64,000 nucleotides of DNA from Trichormus sp. ATA11-4-KO1. GTDB taxonomy: Bacteria > Cyanobacteriota > Cyanobacteriia > Cyanobacteriales > Nostocaceae. The notes under the pieces were generated by a model that saw only the letters and a program-made list of their open reading frames with translations, had not been told where the DNA came from and did not search any database. Every line of letters starts with the position of its first letter. Position 1 is the stretch's first letter. The stretch spans positions 37,574 through 101,573 of the forward strand of contig JAHHIM010000014.1 in assembly GCA_019358915.1 (NCBI GenBank). The letters run 5' to 3'. This document shows, piece after piece, positions 1-10,300 of the stretch. Position numbers and translations under genes: made by a program.

Positions 1-191
1 CAGCTACTTTCATCATTACCAGTGTTTATCAGTTAGTAATTTTTAGCTTGCGTTACCCCTTTTTAAAATGGGTTGTTGGCTTGCTAGTTGGCATTATGTT
101 GATTTCCATTGCAGCTAACTTTGAAACTCGTCGCACTCAGATAAATTCCCTACTTCGCAATACTAGTGATGAGTTTCAAGAGTGGGAATGA
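1..191 (+). CDS. 3' end of a membrane protein (partial, runs in from the window edge)
   Basis: Open frame from base 3: ATFIITSVYQLVIFSLRYPFLKWVVGLLVGIMLISIAANFETRRTQINSLLRNTSDEFQEWE, stop TGA 189-191; hydrophobic helices. Confidence 0.7.
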   Translation, partial: ATFIITSVYQLVIFSLRYPFLKWVVGLLVGIMLISIAANFETRRTQINSLLRNTSDEFQEWE

Positions 192-292
192 GTAGATTGG
201 TTGAGGGGTGTTGCTAAGTGGAAATATGAATTTAGATCACGCAGAGGCGCAGAGTCGCAGAGAGTAAGAGTTGAAAAGATTTTTGGCGTGTT

Positions 293-1240
293 TTAATATA
301 AAGATTTAACCCATTGCCATTCCTTTATCAAACCTTCCCTTAAGGAAATTTGCGGCTGATATCCTAAAATTTGTCGCGCCTTAGATACATCAGCTGCCGT
401 GTGACGTGCATCTCCCATTGCTTTTTCTATGTGGTTTCTTTTGATTGCTTTGCCAACGATTTTTTCCATAGTGTTGAGAACTTCTGCCAAAACCACCCTA
501 CTCCCGCCACCAATATTGAAGATTTCGCCCACTGCTTGGGGTATGCTGGCGGCGGCTAAATTGGCAGCAATGACATCACTGACAAACGTAAAGTCCCGTG
601 TTTGCTGTCCGTCACCGTAAATGGGAATTGCTTCATCCTGCAAAATAGATTTAAAAAATTTATGAAATGCCATATCTGGGCGCTGTCTAGGCCCATAAAC
701 TGTGAAATAGCGTAATGCCACAATTGGCACTCCAAAGTTATTGTGATAAAGTCCACACAAACGCTCAGCTGCTAACTTCGTAATGCCGTAGGGAGAAACT
801 GGTTGAGGAGAAATTCCCTCATGGGTAGGTAATGTTTCTGCATCACCGTATACACTAGATGTTGAGGCAAATACTATTCTTTTCAAGTGTTGGGCATCTT
901 TTGCCGCTTCCAGTAAAACTTGGGTAGCATTAATATTGCGTTCAGTGTAAGTACGGAAACCATGGCCCCAACTCGCCCTGACACCAGCTTGTGCGGCCTG
1001 ATGGTAAACAACATCAACATCTTGCAGCAGCACCTGCCAGTCTAAAAACTGAATATCTCCCTCAATTAAGGTAAACTGAGGCGAACCGTACAAGTGTGCA
1101 ATGCTCTTGTGCTTTAACATAGGGTCGTAGTAATCGTTAAATTCATCAATACCGATCACTTCTTCCCCTCGTTGCAGCAGTGTTTCCACAAGATGAGAAC
1201 CAATAAAGCCTGCTGCTCCAGTAACAATAGTTTTAGCCAT
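293..1240 (-). CDS. NAD-dependent nucleotide-sugar epimerase/dehydratase (UDP-glucuronate 4-epimerase-like)
   Basis: TGAAGFIG Rossmann motif, YxxxK (YGITK), RYFTVYGPRQRPDMA. Confidence 0.9.
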   Translation of the reverse strand: MAKTIVTGAAGFIGSHLVETLLQRGEEVIGIDEFNDYYDPMLKHKSIAHLYGSPQFTLIEGDIQFLDWQVLLQDVDVVYHQAAQAGVRASWGHGFRTYTERNINATQVLLEAAKDAQHLKRIVFASTSSVYGDAETLPTHEGISPQPVSPYGITKLAAERLCGLYHNNFGVPIVALRYFTVYGPRQRPDMAFHKFFKSILQDEAIPIYGDGQQTRDFTFVSDVIAANLAAASIPQAVGEIFNIGGGSRVVLAEVLNTMEKIVGKAIKRNHIEKAMGDARHTAADVSKARQILGYQPQISLREGLIKEWQWVKSLY

Positions 1241-1458
1241 GTCCCTTATTTTATTGATATGTTTTTTAACGTAATATTTACAGGTTAATACTTACAATGA
1301 TTAAACGTCATTAGTTACTAAAGATTTTTAAATCAATTATTCTCACGTTAAAAAATTAATTAAAAATACTGAAAATCTGTATCAATTTTAGAAAAATTAC
1401 CGTAATTTTATTGTTGTTAAACAACAAAATTACACTGAAAATATACTAACTTACTAAG

Positions 1459-1554
1459 TATAGCAATCCTAAATTATTCATGAGAGATAAAAACCCCCAT
1501 TTTTTCAAAAAACCGGGGTTGTGAAGCCTCTTGATGTTCACAAATCAAATTGGA
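1459..1554. repeat. Degenerate Nostocales intergenic iterated (MITE-like) element
   Basis: TATAGCAATCCTAAAT...TCACAAATCAAATTGGA imperfect inverted ends around an internal AACCCC...GGGGTT hairpin. Confidence 0.5.
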
Positions 1555-1652
1555 AAAAATAAAATAAATATAACTCAGCACTCTTCAGGGGTCTTGCATA
1601 AGCATCAGAATTGGTGAAAAAATTGATTCGCAAGGGACGCACGAGGAAATAA

Positions 1653-2930
1653 GTGAAAGTTTTAGTTGTAGGTAATGGCGGGCGTGAACACGCTCTAGCA
1701 TGGAAGTTATTGCAATCCAAGCAAATTGAGCAAGTTGTCTGTGTGCCAGGAAACGGCGGTACGGCAAGCATGGCAGGTTGCCAGAACTTGTCTCTGGCAG
1801 TAGATGACTTTGAGGGTATGAGCCGATATGCTCTGGAAAATGACATTTCTTTGGTAGTAGTTGGGCCAGAAGTGCCCCTGGCTCAAGGCATTACAGACTA
1901 TCTCCAAAGTCAAGGATTGATGGTATTTGGGCCTGTAAGGGCAGGAGCGCAGATTGAAGCGAGTAAGGCTTGGTCTAAGGCATTAATGCAGTCAGCAGGA
2001 ATTTCTACAGCCAAGGCTGCGGTATTTACAGAAGCAGCAGCAGCCAAATCCTACGTGAAAGCACAGGGAGCGCCCATAGTTGTGAAAGCTGATGGCTTGG
2101 CAGCAGGTAAGGGTGTGATAGTTGCCGAAACATTGGAACAGGCAGAGATGGCGATAGATACGATTTTCCAGGGACAGTTTGGTAGTGCAGGAAATTTTGT
2201 GGTTGTGGAAGAATGTTTAATTGGGCAAGAAGTTTCGGTTTTAGCCTTGACAGATGGATTAACAATTCGCCCTTTGTTACCAGCTCAAGATCATAAGCGG
2301 ATTGGTGAAGGGGACACAGGCGAAAATACTGGTGGGATGGGAGCCTATGCACCAGCACCCATTGCCACACCAGAGTTAATGGCACGCGTTCAAACAGAAG
2401 TTTTAGCAAGAGCGATCGCCTCTTTAAGAGCGAGAGGTATTGACTACCGAGGCGTGCTGTATGCTGGATTGATGATTACACCCGATGGCGACTTCCAGGT
2501 TTTAGAATTTAACTGTCGCTTCGGTGATCCCGAAACCCAAGTAATTTTGCCATTGTTGGCCACACCCCTAGAAGATTTAATGTTAGCCTGTGTACAGCAG
2601 CGTTTAGGGGAAATGCCACCCATCGCTTGGAAACAGGGGGTCGCTGCTACTGTGGTCGCTGCTTCAGGTGGTTATCCTGGAGAGTACGCAAAAGGCAAAG
2701 TTATTACTGGTATTAAAGAGGCAGAGACAGCAGAAGTCACTGTATTTCATGCAGGCACAAGATTAAATCAGCAACAACAGATAGTTACAGATGGGGGGCG
2801 GGTGTTAAATGTAACGGGCATCGGCGAAAATTTTGAGCAAGCGATCGCCCAAGCCTACACTGGTATCAAAGCAATTCAGTTTGAGGGGATGTATTACCGA
2901 AGAGATATCGGTCATCGCGTGCTGAATTAG
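1653..2930 (+). CDS. purD: Phosphoribosylamine--glycine ligase
   Basis: MKVLVVGNGGREHALAW, KADGLAAGKGV, QDHKR, EFNCRFGDPETQ motifs. Confidence 0.97.
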   Translation: MKVLVVGNGGREHALAWKLLQSKQIEQVVCVPGNGGTASMAGCQNLSLAVDDFEGMSRYALENDISLVVVGPEVPLAQGITDYLQSQGLMVFGPVRAGAQIEASKAWSKALMQSAGISTAKAAVFTEAAAAKSYVKAQGAPIVVKADGLAAGKGVIVAETLEQAEMAIDTIFQGQFGSAGNFVVVEECLIGQEVSVLALTDGLTIRPLLPAQDHKRIGEGDTGENTGGMGAYAPAPIATPELMARVQTEVLARAIASLRARGIDYRGVLYAGLMITPDGDFQVLEFNCRFGDPETQVILPLLATPLEDLMLACVQQRLGEMPPIAWKQGVAATVVAASGGYPGEYAKGKVITGIKEAETAEVTVFHAGTRLNQQQQIVTDGGRVLNVTGIGENFEQAIAQAYTGIKAIQFEGMYYRRDIGHRVLN

Positions 2931-3039
2931 GAGTAACATCGAGCGATCGCATTTTTTGATGGACATGATGCGATCGCAAAATTCCCGATCAGAATGCGCC
3001 ATAATGAGGGGTAGCCCGATTAACATTCACCCTTGCTTC

Positions 3040-3318
3040 ATGCAATTCGAGTGGGACGAAGCGAAGAATCAAGAAAACATTCGCAAACATCAAATTGACT
3101 TCGCAGATGTTGCAGAAATGTTTGAAAGTCCTATGCTAATTGAGCCTGATAACCGTATTGATTACGGCGAGGATCGCTGGATGGGAATCGGTTTCTTGAG
3201 AAATGGTGTAGCGGTTGTTGTCTGGACAGAAAGACAAAGTGATGTCATCCGAATTATTTCAGCACGTAGGGCAAACAGATATGAGCGTAAACAATTCGAG
3301 CAATATCTCACGTACTAA
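3040..3318 (+). CDS. brnT: BrnT family toxin (type II toxin-antitoxin)
   Basis: MQFEWDEAKNQENIRKH...DYGEDRW...IRIISARRA signature; ATG at 3040 preferred over the ORF-track start. Confidence 0.88.
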   Translation: MQFEWDEAKNQENIRKHQIDFADVAEMFESPMLIEPDNRIDYGEDRWMGIGFLRNGVAVVVWTERQSDVIRIISARRANRYERKQFEQYLTY

Positions 3319-3559
3319 TTGGAAAGCATTGGAGGCAATGACTGATGAGGAAATTGATTATTCTGATATCCCGCCTCTGACTGAGGAGTTTTTTGAAAAA
3401 GCTACTTTACGAGTTCCAGCAGACCAAGCCCGCAACTTAATTCAGCTTGATCCAGATATCATTGAGTGGTTTCAGTCTCAAAGTGCAGAGTACAAAGTTT
3501 TGATTAACTCAGTTTTGCGCCGTTACATTGAGAATAGCGATGATCGGCAAGGGGGCTAA
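3281..3559 (+). CDS. brnA: BrnA family antitoxin
   Basis: IDYSDIPPLTEEFF and LDPDIIEWFQ...INSVLRRY; overlaps the 3' end of brnT. Confidence 0.85.
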   Translation: MSVNNSSNISRTNWKALEAMTDEEIDYSDIPPLTEEFFEKATLRVPADQARNLIQLDPDIIEWFQSQSAEYKVLINSVLRRYIENSDDRQGG

Positions 3560-3721
3560 GAAATTCCTGCAAGCGATCGCCTAAAATTTGTTTGCTGCCT
3601 TTGACCTCATATTGTATGGAGCAAAAACCCTCCTCTGTCGATTAACATGTTTGCCAAATTAACTGTTAATTTTTTAGTTGTTGGGGTTAAATAACCAAAA
3701 CTACTAACAACTTTGTTTAAG

Positions 3722-5710
3722 ATGCTGGCTCTTTTAAAAACAATCCGAGAAGCAATCGCCAATTGGTGGTCTGACTTCACCCTCCAGACCAAACTTTTGG
3801 CTGTTGCCACTTTGGTAGTGTCTTTAGTGATGAGTGGTCTGACTTTCTGGGCTGTGAATACAATTCAGCAGGATGCCCGGATGAATGATACCCGTTTCGG
3901 TCGTGATCTAGGATTGCTACTTGCTGCCAATGTTGCCCCCTTAATTGCTGACCACAATCTCACCGAGGTTGCCCAATTTTCTCAACGCTTCTATAGCAGC
4001 ACCTCTAGTGTGCGTTACATGCTCTACGCTGATGAGACGGGGAAAATCTTTTTCGGGATTCCTTTTTGGGAACCAGAGGTAGAAAACTCTCTGACCATTG
4101 AGCGGCGAATACAATTACCAGAAGATTACACTAGTGATGTGGAAAAGCCGATGGTACGGCAACACATGACCCCAGACGGGGCAGTCACTGATGTATTTAT
4201 TCCCCTAATTGTCGATCAAAAATACCAGGGTGTATTAGCGATCGGCATCAACCCCAACCAAACCGCAGTTATTTCTACTAATTTCACCCGTGATGTCACC
4301 ATTGCCGTTTTTATCACGATTTGGGTGATGGTGATTTTGGCAGGAGTGATTAACGCTTTAACCATTACTAAGCCGATTAAAGAACTGCTGGTAGGAGTAA
4401 AACAAATTGCGGCAGGGAATTTCAAGCAGCGCATTGACTTACCTCTGGGAGGCGAACTAGGAGAGGTAATTCTCAGCTTTAATGAAATGGCAGAGCGTCT
4501 AGAGCGCTATGAAGAGCAGAATATTGAAGAATTAACCGCAGAAAAAGCCAAACTAGAAACACTGGTTTCCACGATCGCTGATGGTGCTGTCCTGATTGAT
4601 AACAGTATGCAGGTGATTTTAGTTAACCCCACAGCACGGCGAATTTTTGGCTGGGAAGGAGTCGAAGTCGAAGGTACCAATGTTTTACATAATTTGCCGC
4701 CGGCGGTGCAAATGGAAATCACTCGTCCTTTGTCCGAAATGGCCGCAGGTGAACGTGAAAGTGCCGAGTTCCGGATTCATCTCAACCAACCTACCAAGCG
4801 CACCATCCGCATTCTCTTGACTACGGTACTCAACCTGCAACGGGAGAGCATCAAAGGTATTGCTATTACTGTGCAGGATATCACTCGCGAGGTAGAACTG
4901 AATGAGGCAAAAAGCCAATTTATCAGCAACGTATCTCACGAACTACGAACACCTTTATTTAATATCAAATCCTTTATTGAAACTTTGCATGAGTATGGCG
5001 AAGACTTGAGTGTAGAACAACGGCAAGATTTTCTGCAAACAGTCAATAATGAAACTGATAGACTTACCCGTCTAGTGAATGATGTTTTGGATTTGTCCAA
5101 GCTCGAATCTGGTCGCAGTTACAACTTTGGTGGGGTAGATTTAGCGCAAGCCATTGAGCAAACTCTGCGTACTTACCAACTCAATGCTAAGGATAAAGGT
5201 ATTGAAATCATTCAGGAAGTTGCCTCCAATTTGCCGCTAGTCGTGGGTAATTATGATTTGTTATTGCAAGTATTGGCTAATTTGGTGGGTAATTCCCTGA
5301 AATTTACTCCCACGGGTGGTAAAGTAGTCATCCGTGCTTACCAATTAAATCTCCAGCATCATTCTTCCTCTGGAACGCTGCTTAGTGAAACGCTAGGCGA
5401 TCGCGAACATCATCAATCTTCTCATGTGCGAGTGGAAATTTCCGATACTGGCATAGGTATCGCCCCAGAAGACCAACAGGCAATTTTTGACCGCTTTTTC
5501 CGCGTAGAAAACCGAGTTCACACCTTAGAGGGTACTGGTTTGGGTTTATCGATTGTCAGAAATATTATGGAGAGGCATCACAGTAAAATGCATCTGGTAA
5601 GTGAAGTTGGTGTGGGTACCACTTTCTGGTTCGACTTAGCCGTATTTGAAGAAGCAGCGCCAAAGATGATTGAGCCTACAGATGAAACAACCAAAATCCC
5701 CACACTATAA
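3722..5710 (+). CDS. nblS: Stress-sensing histidine kinase NblS/Hik33/DspA
   Basis: Two TM helices, HAMP, PAS, H-box SHELRTPLFNIK, HATPase with RVENRVHTLEGTGLGL; follows purD. Confidence 0.93.
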   Translation: MLALLKTIREAIANWWSDFTLQTKLLAVATLVVSLVMSGLTFWAVNTIQQDARMNDTRFGRDLGLLLAANVAPLIADHNLTEVAQFSQRFYSSTSSVRYMLYADETGKIFFGIPFWEPEVENSLTIERRIQLPEDYTSDVEKPMVRQHMTPDGAVTDVFIPLIVDQKYQGVLAIGINPNQTAVISTNFTRDVTIAVFITIWVMVILAGVINALTITKPIKELLVGVKQIAAGNFKQRIDLPLGGELGEVILSFNEMAERLERYEEQNIEELTAEKAKLETLVSTIADGAVLIDNSMQVILVNPTARRIFGWEGVEVEGTNVLHNLPPAVQMEITRPLSEMAAGERESAEFRIHLNQPTKRTIRILLTTVLNLQRESIKGIAITVQDITREVELNEAKSQFISNVSHELRTPLFNIKSFIETLHEYGEDLSVEQRQDFLQTVNNETDRLTRLVNDVLDLSKLESGRSYNFGGVDLAQAIEQTLRTYQLNAKDKGIEIIQEVASNLPLVVGNYDLLLQVLANLVGNSLKFTPTGGKVVIRAYQLNLQHHSSSGTLLSETLGDREHHQSSHVRVEISDTGIGIAPEDQQAIFDRFFRVENRVHTLEGTGLGLSIVRNIMERHHSKMHLVSEVGVGTTFWFDLAVFEEAAPKMIEPTDETTKIPTL

Positions 5711-5715
5711 AAGTA

Positions 5716-6087
5716 TCAAGCAGTTGACAAAGCTATGAGCAAACAGACAACTAATAAACCCAGTAGCAGCAACAAAGACTGATGGCGTTTTACCCATCTG
5801 TTCATAGATGCACCAAAACTGCTAGCGTAACGCTGTTCCTGCAATCTTAACTTGCTCTCTTCGAGATTTTCATACAAAGTACAATCTTTGGCGTAGGGAC
5901 GTTGGGGAAAATTACAGGTATTGTCGGCGTGGTATGTGCAACTATCACACAGATACTCGTCCCCAGTAGCGCGGTGCAAGGGAATACCGGGATGACCGTA
6001 AGCTTTGAGAGTTGTACGGCAATAGGGACAAGTAATAGCCTGACTATCAACAAGTTGATGGCAATGGGGACAAGTTACAGTGGCCAC
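5716..6087 (-). CDS. Zinc-ribbon membrane-anchored protein
   Basis: CPHC...CPYC plus a second Cys cluster; C-terminal TM helix. Confidence 0.75.
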   Translation of the reverse strand: MATVTCPHCHQLVDSQAITCPYCRTTLKAYGHPGIPLHRATGDEYLCDSCTYHADNTCNFPQRPYAKDCTLYENLEESKLRLQEQRYASSFGASMNRWVKRHQSLLLLLGLLVVCLLIALSTA

Positions 6088-6150
6088 AGCCTAAGCACAA
6101 ATAGGTAAACATCTCGATTCTAGCTATTTATATCGAGATGCGATCGCTGA

Positions 6151-6183
6151 TGAGGATGTTGCTGTGATATGGCAACATCCTCA
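6151..6183. terminator. Strong hairpin downstream of the SnoaL-like gene
   Basis: TGAGGATGTTGC...GCAACATCCTCA inverted repeat. Confidence 0.5.
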
Positions 6184-6211
6184 AAGCAGCTAAATCACAA
6201 TGTCAGAAATA

Positions 6212-6835
6212 TTAACGTCTTGAGCGACGAGGTATGCGTGGGTGTGATGTGGTAGTCGGTGGAGAACTGAGGTTCAAGAAATTAATCAGTTTAAGGGTAC
6301 GCCGTTGGATTTTCCAATGCCCATCTTGTTTGATAATTTCATCTTCATAAGTGCCATTAGCAACATCAATGCTAGTTTCTGAACGTTTGTGAGTTGCATG
6401 GAGATAAGAGGACATTGTTGCTTGGTTAGCTTGAACTGAGATGTTGATCGTACCAATCAGGTGTTGAGTAGTCTCATATCCATTACCTTGGAATACTGAA
6501 TAAACAAAATCCGCCCAAGCATCTGTCCCAGTTCGGCTTTCACTTGCGCCATCAGGAAAAACTGCTGTGATCACAGCATCTGGAGTAAAACAATCTCGAT
6601 AAATATTCTTTCCCTGTAGGATATCTCCTCTACCAATAGCATCAGTTCCTAGCGCGTAACAGGTTGTTAATTTTTGAATTTCTAATTCTGCGTTAGGTTC
6701 GGTTGCACTTGCTAGCTCAAACTTACCGCCAATCAGCAAAACAAAAGTACTTGCAAGGACAATTAAAGTTACATGATGCAACAAAAATGAAATAAGCTTT
6801 GAAACTGTTCGCCTGTTTTCTCTTCTCGTTTCCAT
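6212..6835 (-). CDS. Exported SnoaL/NTF2-like fold protein
   Basis: N-terminal signal/TM; DCFTPDA, TQHLIG, YEDEIIKQDGHWKIQRR typical of SnoaL_4-like proteins. Confidence 0.75.
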   Translation of the reverse strand: METRRENRRTVSKLISFLLHHVTLIVLASTFVLLIGGKFELASATEPNAELEIQKLTTCYALGTDAIGRGDILQGKNIYRDCFTPDAVITAVFPDGASESRTGTDAWADFVYSVFQGNGYETTQHLIGTINISVQANQATMSSYLHATHKRSETSIDVANGTYEDEIIKQDGHWKIQRRTLKLINFLNLSSPPTTTSHPRIPRRSRR

Positions 6836-7317
6836 GAAAAAAGTTCCTGATTGTTACTATGTTCGCATCTTGTACAGGTCCGTTAGCTAAAGTTTTATCA
6901 GGCAGTTTAAGCCTATTTTAATAAACTCGAACCATAACATATTAAACTAAAGCTAACTTTCAATTAATTCAGGATTTAATTTTTCCTACGAATAATAGGG
7001 CGAGTCCAAGATTTGCGTGTTTAATTATTTATAACAATTAAGAAAGTGTTTTGTAACCGTTAATTGTCAGCTATTTGATATTAACATAAATAGTTTATCA
7101 AACTCTTAATATAGCTAGTTATTAGCGAAATAATACTGATAAGCTAGGTAAATTTTTAGAACATGAATTCACTCCAACCATACGAAAAATTACTTTTACT
7201 CTACAAAAACTTTATGAAAACTTACTACTCATAGTATTACTTTTATTAAACATAAACGCTCAAGCAGTGTGCCCCCAAAAAAGCGAAGATAAAAAAGAGA
7301 GGATTTCACATCTGCCC

Positions 7318-10300
7318 TTAGCTCGAAGATTCGTTAACAGAAACAGGAATGGAAATGATAAATTCTGTTCCTTGTCCTAAAACTGACTCACAAATTAAGC
7401 TACCGTTGTGTTTTTCTTCTACAATTTTTTGACTGATAGATAATCCTAATCCTGTACCTTTGCCGACATCTTTAGTAGTAAATAAGTTATTGAAGATACA
7501 GGATTTTACTGCTTCAGTCATTCCTGTACCGTTGTCTTTTATCTTAATTTCTATACTTTGATTATTTTTAGATAGTTGAGTTTTAATTGTGATAACTTGA
7601 GGCGGTTTAGCTTGATTTTCTAGATAAGTATAACCAATATTCAACTCTTCTAAAGCATCAATAGCATTGGACAAAATATTCATAAATACCTGATTTAATT
7701 GTCCCAGATAACATTTTACTAACGGAATATTTCCGTAGTCTTTAATAATTTGAATAGCCGGACGATGATGATTGGCTTTGAGGCGATGTTGTAAAATTAA
7801 TAAAGTGCTATCAATTCCTTCGTGGATATTGGCTGATACTTTATAATCTTTATCGGCGCGAGAAAAAGTACGGAGAGATGTGCTAATGTTACGGATGCGT
7901 TGTGTACCAACTTTCATTCCATCAATGATTTTAGGTAAATCTTCTAGGAGGTAATCTATATCTTTTTCTGCGGCTTTTTCCTCAATATCAGTACCAGGAT
8001 TAGGAAATTTTGCTTGGTAAAGTTGCAGATAATCTACTAAATCAGTAACAGCATCTTTGGCTTGGACAATACTACCTGAAAGAAAAGCTACGGGATTATT
8101 GATTTCATGCGCTATTCCTGCAACTAAATTTCCTAGAGAAGACATTTTTTCGCTTTGGATAAGTTGCAGTTGTGCTGCTTGTAAATCTTTGATAGACTGT
8201 TCTAATTGTCTTGATTTGTCTTGCTCTCTTGCATACAAGCAGGCATTTTCTATGGCAATAGCCATTTGAGAAACTAAAACTTTTAATACTTCTACTCTTT
8301 CGGGAACAAAAGCTCCTGCTGTCAACTGATTTTCTAAGTAAATAATCCCTGTAAGCTGTGATTGATAAATAATTGGCAAGCAAAAGATCGATTTTGATTG
8401 ATATTTTTGGATATAGATGTCAATATTAAAAGGCTCAGTAAGCATCGCATCGTTTAAAACGAGATGTTTCTGAGTTCTGAAAACATAATTCACAACAGAA
8501 ATAGGTAAATTCTCATAGTCTTCAAGAGGAATAGATTGTAAATTTTTTACTATATCATTAGCATTATCACCAGAGGCTTCTATATATAGTTGATTATCTT
8601 TAAGTAACAGTAATTCTGCTTTTTGGGCAGCAGCATTTTCTAGTAAAATTTTGATTAACTTACTCAATAAATTTTCTAAAATTATTTCATTAGTAATCGC
8701 TTGGGAAAATTTAATGAATGTATTAAAATCTAATACATTACTCAAACCATTACTACTAGTAGTTCTAGTAGCAATGTGAGTCACATCTAGTTTTAATGGA
8801 GAAGTCTCTATAGTACTAGTTTGTTCTACTAGAAAACAATACTTTGATTCTAAATATTTAACTTTAGCGATCGCGCCCCATCGGATATAAGTATAATAGG
8901 CTTTAGTTATATAAGTTTGATGAATTAATTCTTTATTTAAAGATTTATAAAAATTTCCTGCTAACTCATAAGCTAAGGCTTCTTCTTGGAGATAACCATT
9001 TTCTTGAGCTTTGGTAATTGCATTTTCATAGTATTCCATTGCTTCTAGCTTTTGACCCAAAGCTTGATATTTTTCTGCCTCTACTAAATAAAATTTATGT
9101 AAGTGATTCATCGGGGCGTGGGTAGCCCAGAGTTCCATTTTTTGCTGGTTGGCTTGGACTTTTTGCAAAATTGATTGTTGTTCAGATTCTTGAGCAGTAG
9201 GATAGATTGCCAATTGGACTAAAGAATCATAGAAATAAAACAGAGGAACAACAAATAGCCCTGTGACTCCACCTAAAGACTTTTCTGCTATTGCAGCATT
9301 TTCTAAGGCTTGAATATACTCTCCAAACATATAAGAGAGCATTAACTTATTAACAAATAGATGATTAATTGTATAGAGGTCATTAAATTGTTGATGAATT
9401 GGTAGCATACTTTTCTCATCGTAAGCTTCTCCCATTAAACACCAAGCATTTTCTGGACTTCTTTTTAAATTGATAACTGTTTGTAAATATATTTGGTTCC
9501 AAGTTAAAGCAACTTGTTGCTTAATCTTTTTTAGCGATTCACAGTAAGCTATTAGCTCTTTTTCTAAACTCCAAAGTTCTTTACCAAGCCAAAATGAATG
9601 ACAAGGATAAATGTATCCACAATAGCCAGTATATTCTAAATCTCCGGTTTCCAAACCACTAGCATAGCCAGTTTTGGATGTTAAAAACGTCTCTCTAATA
9701 TGCTCTTTCCAATGAAGAACATGAGCACTAATAACTGTGAGAATCTTCGCTTTGAGTTCTGTGGCATTAAATTGTGATACCAAACTAAAAGCTAATTTAC
9801 CAAATTCATAGCCAGAATCAATCTGTCCTTGAACTCCGCAAAGAATTAATCCATAAAGACTGTAACCATAAGCAGACACTGCTGTATTGCCATATTTTAA
9901 GGATAAATTGACCATTTCACAAGCAATAATTGGCATCATTGCTGGAGCAGTTTGAAAAGCTGCGGGAAGAACTCCCATTAAGATTTTCATTGCTGCTATC
10001 TTGTTAGGATCAGTCATTAATGGTAGGTTAATTAAATCTGCAATTACTTTCTTTTGTAAATGAGTAGCAATATCATCCATCCCTTGCTGAATATCAGATG
10101 GTGTTGGTTGCTCTGGAAAATTTATCCCTAATAGTTGTAGTATTGATACTGCTGTTTGAATAGCTGTTAATTGTTTACTCTGAACTATAGCAGCAATAAT
10201 CTGTACTTCATAAACTTTAACTTTATCTAATAAAGTTTTGGCTTCTTGTAGCACTATCTCAGCCCATTGCTGCATCTGCTCAAAATTACCACTGAGATAG

